In this document: positions 1-12,300 of the stretch, piece by piece | Numbering within the stretch: position 1 is the stretch's first letter | Layout of the letters: each line of letters starts with the position of its first letter | DNA from: Minutocellus sp. GHC0000111 | Lineage: Eukaryota | NCBI GenBank assembly: GCA_977018835.1 | Contig: OZ361257.1 | Span: forward strand, 4,650,001 to 4,714,000 | Length of the DNA stretch: 64,000 nucleotides | Reading direction: 5' to 3' | Translations under genes and position numbers: made by a program | The notes under the pieces: model-generated | What the model saw: only the letters and a program-made list of their open reading frames with translations | What the model was told of the DNA's origin: nothing | Databases searched by the model: none

Positions 1-2831
1 TGCTGCTCTCACATGGCAATGAATGGAACATAAGCTTTGGTAGAGATCAGGGTGCTGCTATGGTCAAATGTGAGTTGCTCCAGTTTGGAGAGCACTGATT
101 TTCCCGACGCTGCTTGCTGGCGACTCCCCAACAACCCACAAAGATGAGTGCTTTGGCTGCAGTGCAATCACAGGACACTGCTCACCACATGCATTCCTTG
201 CTGCTCTCACATGGCAATGAATGGAACATAAGCTTTGGTAGAGATCAGGGTGCTCCTATTATTGATGTGAGTTGCTCCAGTTAGGAGCGCCCTAGCTTTC
301 CCAAAGCTGCTGGCGACGCCCACAAAGATGAGTGCTTTGGCTGCAGTGCAATCACTGGACACTGCTCACCACATGCATTCCTTGCTGCTCTCACATGGCA
401 ATGAATGGAACATAAGCTTTGGTAGAGATCAGGGTGCTGCTATGGTCAAATGTGAGTTGCTCCAGTTTGGAGAGCACTGATTTTCCCGACGCTGCTTGCT
501 GGCGACTCCCCAACAACCCACAAAGATGAGTGCTTTGGCTGCAGTGCAATCACAGGACACTGCTCACCACATGCATTCCTTGCTGCTCTCACATGGCAAT
601 GAATGGAACATAAGCTTTGGTAGAGATCAGGGTGCTCCTATGGTCAAATGTGAGTTGCTCCAGTTAGGAGCGCCCTAGTTTTCCCAACGCTGCTGGCGAC
701 GCCCACAAAGATGAGTGCTTTGGCTGCAGTGCAATCACTGGACACTGCTCACCACATGCATTCCTTACTGCTCTCACATGGCAATGAAGGAACATAAGCT
801 TTGGTAGAGATCAGGGTGCTCCTGTGGTGACAACTGAGTTGCTCCAGTTAGGAGCGCCCTAGTTTTCCCAATGCTGCTGGTGACGCCCACACCACCCACA
901 AAGATGCATGCTTTGGCTGCAGTGCAATCACAGGACACTGCTCACCACATGCATTCCTTGCTGCTCTCACATGGCAATGAAGGAACATAAGCTTTGGTAT
1001 AGATCAGGGTGCTCCTATGGTCAAACATGAGTTGCTCCAGTTAGGAGAGCACTGATTTTCCCAACGCTGCTGGCTGGCGACTCCCCAACCACCCACAAAG
1101 ATGCATGCTTTGGCTGCAGTGCAATCACAGGACACTGCTCACCACATGCATTCCTTGCTGCTCTCACATGGCAATGAATTGAACTAAGCTTTGGCAGAGA
1201 TCAGGGCACTCCCATGGTCAAATGTGAGTTGCTCCAGTTAGTACAGCCCTAGTTTTCCCAACGCTGCTGGCGACACCCACACCACCCACAAAGATGCGTG
1301 CTTTGGCTGCAGTGCAATCACAGGACACTGCTCACCACATGCATTCCTTGCTGCTCTCACATGGCAATGAATGGAACATAAGCTTTGGTAGAGATCAGGG
1401 TGCTGCTATGGTCAAATGTGAGTTGCTCCAGTTTGGAGAGCACTGATTTTCCCAACGCTGCTGGCTGGCAACTCCCCAACAACCCACAAAGATGAGTGCT
1501 TTGGCTGCAGTGCAATCACAGGACACTGCTCACCACATGCATTCCTTGCTGCTCTCACATGGCAATGAATGGAACATAAGCTTTGGTAGAGATCAGGGTG
1601 CTCCCATGGTCAAATATGAGTTGCTCCAGTTTTGGAGAGCACTGATTTTCCCGACGCTGCTTGCTGGCGACTCCCCAACAACCCACAAAGATGAGTGCTT
1701 TGGCTGCAGTGCAATCACAGGACACTGCTCACCACATGCATTCCTTGCTGCTCTCACATGGCAATGAATGGAACATAAGCTTTGGTAGAGATCAGGGTGC
1801 TCCTATGGTCAAATGTGAGTTGCTCCAGTTAGGACAGCCCTAACTTTCCCAACGCTGCTGGCGACGCCCACACCACCCACAAATATGAGTGCTTTGGCTG
1901 CAGTGCAATCACAGGACACTGCTCACCACATGCATTCCTTGCTGCTCTCACATGGCAATGAATGGAACATAAGCTTTGGTAGAGATCAGGGTGCTCCTAT
2001 GGTCAAATGTGAGTTGCTCCAGTTAGGACAGCCCTAACTTTCCCAACGCTGCTGGCGACGCCCACACCACCCACAAATATGAGTGCTTTGGCTGCAGTGC
2101 AATCACAGGACACTGCTCACCACATGCATTCCTTGCTGCTCTCACATGGCAATGAATGGAACATAAGCTTTGGTAGAGATCAGGGTGCTCCTATTATTGA
2201 TGTGAGTTGCTCCAGTTAGGAGCGCCCTAGCTTTCCCAAAGCTGCTGGCGACGCCCACAAAGATGAGTGCTTTGGCTGCAGTGCAATCACTGGACACTGC
2301 TCACCACATGCATTCCTTGCTGCTCTCACATGGCAATGAATGGAACATAAGCTTTGGTAGAGATCAGGGTGCTGCTATGGTCAAATGTGAGTTGCTCCAG
2401 TTTGGAGAGCACTGATTTTCCCGACGCTGCTTGCTGGCGACTCCCCAACAACCCACAAAGATGAGTGCTTTGGCTGCAGTGCAATCACAGGACACTGCTC
2501 ACCACATGCATTCCTTGCTGCTCTCACATGGCAATGAATGGAACATAAGCTTTGGTAGAGATCAGGGTGCTCCTATGGTCAAATGTGAGTTGCTCCAGTT
2601 AGGAGCGCCCTAGTTTTCCCAACGCTGCTGGCGACGCCCACAAAGATGAGTGCTTTGGCTGCAGTGCAATCACTGGACACTGCTCACCACATGCATTCCT
2701 TGCTGCTCTCACATGGCAATGAAGGAACATAAGCTTTGGTAGAGATCAGGGTGCTCCTGTGGTGACAACTGAGTTGCTCCAGTTAGGAGCGCCCTAGTTT
2801 TCCCAATGCTGCTGGTGACGCCCACACCACC

Positions 2832-5800
2832 CACAAAGATGCATGCTTTGGCTGCAGTGCAATCACAGGACACTGCTCACCACATGCATTCCTTGCTGCT
2901 CTCACATGGCAATGAAGGAACATAAGCTTTGGTATAGATCAGGTTGCTTCTATGGTCAAATGTGAGTTGCTCCAGTTAGGAGCGCCCTGGCTTTCCCAAC
3001 GCTGCTGGCGACGCCCACACCACCCACAAAGATGCGTGCTTTGGCTGCAGTGCAATCACTGGACACTGCTCACCACATGCATTCCTTGCTGCTCTCACAT
3101 GGCAATGAATGGAACATAAGCTTTGGTAGAGATCAGGGTGCTCCTATGGTCAAATGTGAGTTGCCCCAGTTAGGAGCGCCCTAGTTGTCCCAACGCTTCT
3201 GCTGGCGATGCCCACGCCACCCACGAAGATGAGTGCTTTGGCTGCAGTGCAATCACAGGACACTGCTCACCACATGCATTCCTTGCTGCTCTCACATGGC
3301 AATGAATGGAACATAAGCTTTGGTAGAGATCAGGGTGCTTCTATGGTCAAATGTGAGTTGCTCCAGTTTGGAGAGCACTGATTTTCCCAACGCTGCTGGC
3401 TGGCGACTCCCCAACCACCCACAAAGATGCATGCTTTGGCTGCAGTGCAATCACAGGACACTGCTCACCACATGCATTCCTTGCTGCTCTCACATGGCAA
3501 TGAATTGAACTAAGCTTTGGCAGAGATCAGGGCACTCCCATGGTCAAATGTGAGTTGCTCCAGTTAGTACAGCCCTAGTTTTCCCAACGCTGCTGGCGAC
3601 ACCCACACCACCCACAAAGATGCGTGCTTTGGCTGCAGTGCAATCACAGGACACTGCTCACCACATGCATTCCTTGCTGCTCTCACATGGCAATGAATGG
3701 AACATAAGCTTTGGTAGAGATCAGGGTGCTGCTATGGTCAAATGTGAGTTGCTCCAGTTTGGAGAGCACTGATTTTCCCAACGCTGCTGGCTGGCAACTC
3801 CCCAACAACCCACAAAGATGAGTGCTTTGGCTGCAGTGCAATCACAGGACACTGCTCACCACATGCATTCCTTGCTGCTCTCACATGGCAATGAATGGAA
3901 CATAAGCTTTGGTAGAGATCAGGGTTCTCCTATGGTCAAACATGAATTGCTCCAGTTAGGAGCGCCCTAGATAGTTTGTCCAACGCTGCTGGCGACGCCC
4001 CCACCACCCACAAAGATGAGTGCTTTGGCTGCAGTGCAATCACAGGACACTGCTCAACACATGCATTCGTTGCTGATCTCACATGGCAATGAATGGAACA
4101 TAAGCTTTGGAAGAGATCAGGGTGCTGCTATGGTCAAACATGAATTGCTCCAGTTAGGAGCGCCCTAGATAGTTTGTCCAACGCTGCTGGCGACGCCCAC
4201 ACCACCCACAAAGATGAGTGCTTTGGCTGCAGTGCAATCACAGGACACTGCTCAACACATGCATTCCTTGCTGCTCTCACATGGCAATGAATGGAACATA
4301 AGCTTTGGTAGAGATCAGGGTGCTCCTATGGTCAAATGTGAGTTGATCCAGTTAGGACAGCCCTAACTTTCCCAACGCTGCTGGCGACGCCCACACCACC
4401 CACAAAGATGCGTGCTTTGGCTGCAGTGCAATCACAGGACACTGCTCACCACATGCATTCCTTGCTGCTCTCACATGGCAATGAATGGAACATAAGCTTT
4501 GGTAGAGATCAGGGTGCTTCTATGGTCAAATGTGAGTTGCTCCAGTTTGGAGAGCACTGATTTTCCCAACGCTGCTGGCTGGCAACTCCCCAACAACCCA
4601 CAAAGATGAGTGCTTTGGCTGCAGTGCAATCACAGGACACTGCTCACCACATGCATTCCTTGCTGCTCTCACAAGGCAATGAATGGAACATAAGCTTTGG
4701 TAGAGATCAGGGTGCTCCTATGGTCAAATGTGAGTTGATCCAGTTAGGACAGCCCTAACTTTCCCAACGCTGCTGGCGACGCCCACACCACCCACAAAGA
4801 TGCGTGCTTTGGCTGCAGTGCAATCACAGGACACTGCTCACCACATGCATTCCTTGCTGCTCTCACATGGCAATGAAGGAACATAAGCTTTGGTAGAGAT
4901 CAGGGTGCTCCTATGGTCAAATGTGAGTTGCTCCAGTTAGGAGCGCCCTAGCTTTCCCAACGCTGCTGGCGACACCCACACCACCCACAAAGATGCGTGC
5001 TTTGGCTGCAGTGCAATCACTGGACACTGCTCACCACATGCATTCCTTGCTGCTCTCACATGGCAATGAATGGAACATAAGCTTTGGTAGAGATCAGGGT
5101 GCTCCTATGGTCAAATGTGAGTTGCCCCAGTTAGGAGCGCCCTAGTTGTCCCAACGCTGCTGCTGGCGACAACCACGCCAAACACAAAGATGCATGCTTT
5201 GGCTGCAGTGCAATCACAGGACACTGCTCACCACATGCATTCCTTGCTGCTCTCACATGGCAATGAAGGAACATAAGCTTTGGTATAGATCAGGTTGCTT
5301 CTATGGTCAAATGTGAGTTGCTCCAGTTAGGAGCGCCCTGGCTTTCCCAACGCTGCTGGCGACGCCCACACCACCCACAAAGATGCGTGCTTTGGCTGCA
5401 GTGCAATCACTGGACACTGCTCACCACATGCATTCCTTGCTGCTCTCACATGGCAATGAATGGAACATAAGCTTTGGTAGAGATCAGGGTGCTCCTATGG
5501 TCAAATGTGAGTTGCCCCAGTTAGGAGCGCCCTAGTTGTCCCAACGCTTCTGCTGGCGATGCCCACGCCACCCACGAAGATGAGTGCTTTGGCTGCAGTG
5601 CAATCACAGGACACTGCTCACCACATGCATTCCTTGCTGCTCTCACATGGCAATGAATGGAACATAAGCTTTGGTAGAGATCAGGGTGCTTCTATGGTCA
5701 AATGTGAGTTGCTCCAGTTTGGAGAGCACTGATTTTCCCAACGCTGCTGGCTGGCGACTCCCCAACCACCCACAAAGATGCATGCTTTGGCTGCAGTGCA

Positions 5801-7543
5801 ATCACAGGACACTGCTCACCACATGCATTCCTTGCTGCTCTCACATGGCAATGAATTGAACTAAGCTTTGGCAGAGATCAGGGCACTCCCATGGTCAAAT
5901 GTGAGTTGCTCCAGTTAGTACAGCCCTAGTTTTCCCAACGCTGCTGGCGACACCCACACCACCCACAAAGATGCGTGCTTTGGCTGCAGTGCAATCACAG
6001 GACACTGCTCACCACATGCATTCCTTGCTGCTCTCACATGGCAATGAATGGAACATAAGCTTTGGTAGAGATCAGGGTGCTGCTATGGTCAAATGTGAGT
6101 TGCTCCAGTTTGGAGAGCACTGATTTTCCCAACGCTGCTGGCTGGCAACTCCCCAACAACCCACAAAGATGAGTGCTTTGGCTGCAGTGCAATCACAGGA
6201 CACTGCTCACCACATGCATTCCTTGCTGCTCTCACATGGCAATGAATGGAACATAAGCTTTGGTAGAGATCAGGGTTCTCCTATGGTCAAACATGAATTG
6301 CTCCAGTTAGGAGCGCCCTAGATAGTTTGTCCAACGCTGCTGGCGACGCCCCCACCACCCACAAAGATGAGTGCTTTGGCTGCAGTGCAATCACAGGACA
6401 CTGCTCAACACATGCATTCGTTGCTGATCTCACATGGCAATGAATGGAACATAAGCTTTGGAAGAGATCAGGGTGCTGCTATGGTCAAACATGAATTGCT
6501 CCAGTTAGGAGCGCCCTAGATAGTTTGTCCAACGCTGCTGGCGACGCCCACACCACCCACAAAGATGAGTGCTTTGGCTGCAGTGCAATCACAGGACACT
6601 GCTCAACACATGCATTCCTTGCTGCTCTCACATGGCAATGAATGGAACATAAGCTTTGGTAGAGATCAGGGTGCTCCTATGGTCAAATGTGAGTTGATCC
6701 AGTTAGGACAGCCCTAACTTTCCCAACGCTGCTGGCGACGCCCACACCACCCACAAAGATGCGTGCTTTGGCTGCAGTGCAATCACAGGACACTGCTCAC
6801 CACATGCATTCCTTGCTGCTCTCACATGGCAATGAATGGAACATAAGCTTTGGTAGAGATCAGGGTGCTTCTATGGTCAAATGTGAGTTGCTCCAGTTTG
6901 GAGAGCACTGATTTTCCCAACGCTGCTGGCTGGCAACTCCCCAACAACCCACAAAGATGAGTGCTTTGGCTGCAGTGCAATCACAGGACACTGCTCACCA
7001 CATGCATTCCTTGCTGCTCTCACAAGGCAATGAATGGAACATAAGCTTTGGTAGAGATCAGGGTGCTCCTATGGTCAAATGTGAGTTGATCCAGTTAGGA
7101 CAGCCCTAACTTTCCCAACGCTGCTGGCGACGCCCACACCACCCACAAAGATGCGTGCTTTGGCTGCAGTGCAATCACAGGACACTGCTCACCACATGCA
7201 TTCCTTGCTGCTCTCACATGGCAATGAAGGAACATAAGCTTTGGTAGAGATCAGGGTGCTCCTATGGTCAAATGTGAGTTGCTCCAGTTAGGAGCGCCCT
7301 AGCTTTCCCAACGCTGCTGGCGACACCCACACCACCCACAAAGATGCGTGCTTTGGCTGCAGTGCAATCACTGGACACTGCTCACCACATGCATTCCTTG
7401 CTGCTCTCACATGGCAATGAATGGAACATAAGCTTTGGTAGAGATCAGGGTGCTCCTATGGTCAAATGTGAGTTGCCCCAGTTAGGAGCGCCCTAGTTGT
7501 CCCAACGCTGCTGCTGGCGACAACCACGCCAAACACAAAGATG
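2832..7543 (+). repeat. Tandem higher-order duplication, period 2351 bp (~12 monomers), 2 copies
   Basis: ORF markers at 3320 and 5671 are 2351 apart. The private variant gacaaccacgccaaacacaaag occurs near 5168 and 7519, and acaaggcaat near 4671 and 7022. Confidence 0.93.
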
Positions 7544-8416
7544 AGTGCTTTGGCTGCAGTGCAATCACAGGACACTGCTCACCACATGCATTTCTTGCTG
7601 CTCTCACATTGTAATGAATGGAGCATAAGCTTTGGTAGAGATCAGGGTGCTCCTATGGTCAAACATGAGTTGCTCCAGTTAGGAGCGCCCTAGCTTTCCC
7701 AACGCTGCTGGTGACGCCCACATCCCCCCCACAAAGATGCGTGCTCTGGCTGCAGTGCAACCACAGGACACTGCTCACCACATGCATTCCTTGCTGCTCT
7801 CACATGGCAATGAATGGAACATAAGCTTTGGTAGAGATCAGGGTGCTGCTATGGTCAAATATGAGTTGCTCCAGTAATTAGCGCCCTGCTTTTCCCAACG
7901 CTGCTGGCGACGCCCACACCACCCACAAAGATGAGTGCTTTGGCTGCAGTGCAATCACAGGACACTGCTCACCACATGCATTCCTTGCTGCTCTCACATG
8001 GCAATGAATGGAACATAAGCTTTGGTAGAGATCAGGGTGCTGCTATGGTCAAACATGAATTGCTCCAGTTAGGAGCGCCCTAGTTTTCCCAACGCTGCTG
8101 GCGACGCCCACACCACCCACAAAGATGCGTGCTTTGGCTGCAGTGCAATCACTGGACACTGCTCACCACATGCATTCCTTTCTGCTCTCACATGGCAATG
8201 AATGGAACATAAGCTTTGGTAGAGATCAGGGTGCTGCTATGGTCAAATGTGAGTTGCTCCAGTAAGGAGCGCCCTGCTTTTCCCAACGCTGCTGGCGACG
8301 CCCACACCACCCACAAAGATGCGTGCTTTGGCTGCAGTGCAATCACAGGACACTGCTCACCACATGCATTCCTTGCTGCTCTCACATGGCAATGAATGGA
8401 ACATAAACTTTGGTAG

Positions 8417-8474
8417 AGATCAGGGTGCTCCTATGGTCAAATGTGAGTTGCTCCAGTTAGGAGCGCCCTGATTT
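8417..8474. other. Inverted repeat (potential hairpin/cruciform) present in most monomers; longest form shown here
   Basis: AGATCAGGGTGCTCCTA (8417-8433) pairs with TAGGAGCGCCCTGATTT (8458-8474): 15 Watson-Crick pairs plus 2 G-T. The consensus monomer keeps the 12-bp core AGGGTGCTCCTA/TAGGAGCGCCCT. Confidence 0.85.
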
Positions 8475-9306
8475 TCCCAACGCTGCTGGCGACGCCCACA
8501 CCACCCACAAAGATGCGTGCTTTGGCTGCAGTGCAATCACAGGACACTGCTCACCACATGCATTCCTTGCTGCTCTCACATGGCAATGAATGGAACATAA
8601 GCTTTGGTAGAGATCAGGGTGCTCCTATTATTGATGTAAGTTGCTCCAGTTAGGAGCGCCCTAGTTTTCCCAACGCTGCTGGCGACGCCCACACCACCCA
8701 CAAAGATGCGTGCTTTGGCTGCAGTGCAATCACAGGACACTGCTCACCACATGCATTCCTTGCTGCTCTCACATGGCAATGAATGGAACATAAGCTTTGG
8801 TAGAGATCAGGGTGCTCCTATTATTGATGTGAGTTGCTCCAGTTAGGAGCGCCCTAGTTTTCCCAACGCTGCTGGCGCCGCCCACACCACCCACAAAGAT
8901 GCATGCCTTGGCTGCAGTGCAATCACAGGACACTGCTCACCACATGCATTCCTTGCTGCTCTCACATGGCAATGAATGGAACATAAGCTTTGGTAGAGAT
9001 CAGGGTGCTGCTATGGTCAAATGTGAGTTGCTCCAGTTAGGAGAGCACTGATTTTCCCAACACTGCTGGCTGGCGACTAACCAACAACCCACAAAGATGA
9101 GTGCTTTGGCTGCAGTGCAATCACAGGACACTGCTCACCACATGCATTCCTTGCTGCTCTCACATGGCAATGAATGGAACATAAGCTTTGGTAGAGATCA
9201 GGGTGCTCCTATGGTCAAATGTGAGTTGCTCCAGTTTGGAGAGCACTGATTTTCCCAACGCTGCTTGCTGGCGACTCCCCAACAACCCACAAAGATGAGT
9301 GCTTTG

Positions 9307-12300
9307 GCTGCAGTGCAATCACAGGACACTGCTCACCACATGCATTCCTTGCTGCTCTCACATGGCAATGAATGGAACATAAGCTTTGGTAGAGATCAGG
9401 GTGCTCCTATTATTGATGTGAGTTGCTCCAGTTAGGAGCGCCCTAGTTTTCCCAACGCTGCTGGCGACGCCCACAAAGATGAGTGCTTTGGCTGCAGTGC
9501 AATCACAGGACACTGCTCACCACATGCATTCCTTGCTGCTCTCACATGGCAATGAAGGAACATAAGCTTTGGTAGAGATCAGGGTGCTCCTGTGGTGACA
9601 ACTGAGTTGCTCCAGTTAGGAGCGCCCTAGTTTTCCCAATGCTGCTGGTGACGCCCACACCACCCACAAAGATGCATGCTTTGGCTGCAGTGCAATCACA
9701 GGACACTGCTCACCACATGCATTCCTTGCTGCTCTCACATGGCAATGAATGGAACATAAGCTTTGGTAGAGATCAGGGTGCTCCTATGGTCAAACATGAG
9801 TTGCTCCAGTTAGGAGAGCACTGATTTTCCCAACGCTGCTGGCTGGCGACTCCCCAACCACCCACAAAGATGCATGCTTTGGCTGCAGTGCAATCACAGG
9901 ACACTGCTCACCACATGCATTCCTTGCTGCTCTCACATGGCAATGAATGGAACACAAGCTTTGGCAGAGATCAGGGCACTCCTATGGTCAAATGTGAGTT
10001 GCTCCAGATAGTACAGCCCTAGTTTTCCCAACGCTGCTGGCGACACCCACACCACCCACAAAGATGCGTGCTTTGGCTGCAGTGCAATCACAGGACACTG
10101 CTCACCACATGCATTCCTTGCTGCTCTCACATGGCAATGAATGGAACATAAGCTTTGGTAGAGATCAGGGTGCTGCTATGGTCAAATGTGAGTTGCTCCA
10201 GTTAGGACAGCCCTAGCTTTCCCAACGCTGCTTTTGACGCCCACACCACCCACAAAGATGCGTGCTTTGGCTGCAGTGCAATCACAGGACACTGCTCACC
10301 ACATGCATTCCTTGCTGCTCTCACATGGCAATGAATGGAACATAAGCTTTGGTAGAGATCAGGGTGCTGCTATGGTCAAATATGAGTTGCTCCAGTTAGG
10401 ACAGCCCTAACTTTCCCAACGCTGCTGGTGACGCCCACACCACCCACAAAGATGCGTGCTTTGGCTGCAGTGCAATCACAGGACACTGCTCAACACATGC
10501 ATTCCTTGCTGCTCTCACATGGCAATGAATGGAACATAAGCTTTGGTAGAGATCAGGGTGCTCCTATTGTCAAATGTGAGTTGATCCAGTTAGGACAGCC
10601 CTAACTTTCCCAACGCTGCTGGCGACGCCCACACCACCCACAAAGATGCGTGCTTTGGCTGCAGTGCAATCACAGGACACTGCTCAACACATGCATTCGT
10701 TGCTGCTCTCACATGGCAATGAATGGAACATAAGCTTTGGTAGAGATCAGGGTGCTCCTATTGTCAAATGTGAGTTGATCCAGTTAGGAGCGACCCCTAG
10801 CTTTCCCAACGCTGCTGGCGACACCCACACCAGCCACAAAGATGCGTGCTTTGGCTGCAGTGCAATCACAGGACACTGCTCAACACATGCATTCCTTGCT
10901 GCTCTCACATGGCAATGAATGGAACATAAGCTTTGGTAGAGATCAGGGTGCTCCTATGGTCAAATGTGAGTTGCCCCAGTTAGGAGCGCCCTAGTTGTCC
11001 CAACGCTGCTGCTGGCGATGCCCACGCCACCCACATAGATGAGTGCTTTGGCTGCAGTGCAATCACTGGACACTGCTCACCACATGCATTTCTTGCGAGG
11101 AGCGCCCTGGCTTTCCTAACGCTGCTGGCGACCCCACACCACCCACAAAGATGCGTGCTTTGGCTGCAGTGCAATCACTGGACACTGCTCACCACATGCA
11201 TTTCTTGCTGCTCTCACATTGTAATGAATGGAACATAAGCTTTGGTAGAGATCAGGGTGCTCCTATGGTCAAATGTGAGTTGCTCCAGTTAGGAGCGCCA
11301 TAGCTTTCCCAACGCTGCTGGCGACGCCCACACCACCCACAAAGATGAGTGCTTTGGCTGCAGTGCAATCACAGGACACTGCTCACCACATGCATTCCTT
11401 GCTGCTCTCACATGGCAATGAATGGAACATAAGCTTTGGTAGAGATCAGGGTGCTCCTATGGTCAAATGTGAGTTGCTCCAGTTAGGAGCGCCCCCTAGC
11501 TTTCCCAACGCTGCTGGCGACACCCACACCACCCACAAAGATGCGTGCTTTGGCTGCAGTGCAATCACAGGACACTGCTCACCACATGCATTCCTTGCTG
11601 CTCTCACATGGCAATGAATGGAACATAAGCTTTGGTAGAGATCAGGGTGCTCCTATGGTCAAATGTGAGTTGCTCCAGTTAGGAGCGCCCCCTAGCTTTC
11701 CCAACGCTGCTGGCGACACCCACACCACCCACAAAGATGCGTGCTTTGGCTGCAGTGCAATCACAGGACACTGCTCACCACATGCATTTCTTGCTGCTCT
11801 CACATGGCAATGAATGGAACATAAGCTTTGGTAGAGATCAGGTTGCTGCTATGGTCAAATGTGAGTTGCTCCAGTAAGGAGCGCCCTAGTTGTCCCAACG
11901 CTGCTGCTGGCGATGCCCACGCCACCCACATAGATGAGTGCTTTGGCTGCAGTGCAATCACAGGACACTGCTCACCACATGAATTTCTTGCTGCTCTCAC
12001 ATTGTAATGAATGGAGCATAAGCTTTGGTAGAGATCAGGGTGCTCCTATGGTCAAACATGAGTTGCTCCAGTTAGGAGCGCCCTAGTTTTTCCAACGCTG
12101 CTGGCGACGCCCGCACCACCCACAAAGATGCGTGCTTTGGCTGCAGTGCAATCACAGGACACTGCTCACCACATGCATTTCTTGCTGCTCTCACATGGCA
12201 ATGAATGGAACATAAGCTTTGGTAGAGATCAGGTTGCTGCTATGGTCAAATGTGAGTTGCTCCAGTAAGGAGCGCCCTAGTTGTCCCAACGCTGCTGCTG

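Noticed and set aside
629..679. Helitron 3' end (hairpin plus CTAG) or MITE
   Set aside because: The CTAG overlaps the stem end rather than lying ~10 nt downstream, and it is not conserved across variants. There are no target-site duplications or element boundaries.
1971..2164. Satellite-encoded hammerhead ribozyme
   Set aside because: The CTGANGA core is absent on both strands; the closest matches are aagatga, ctgattt and, on the minus strand, ctgatct.
1971..2164. Pol III A/B boxes (tggctgcagtgc; ggtcaaatg) suggesting a tRNA or SINE origin
   Set aside because: Both deviate from consensus (no GTTC in the B-like box), they are ~100 bp apart, and there is no convincing cloverleaf.
1971..2164. 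Trypanosoma cruzi 195-bp satellite or another named ~190-bp satellite
   Set aside because: Only the length is similar. The sequence does not match the T. cruzi motifs I recall, and I cannot assign a family without a database search.
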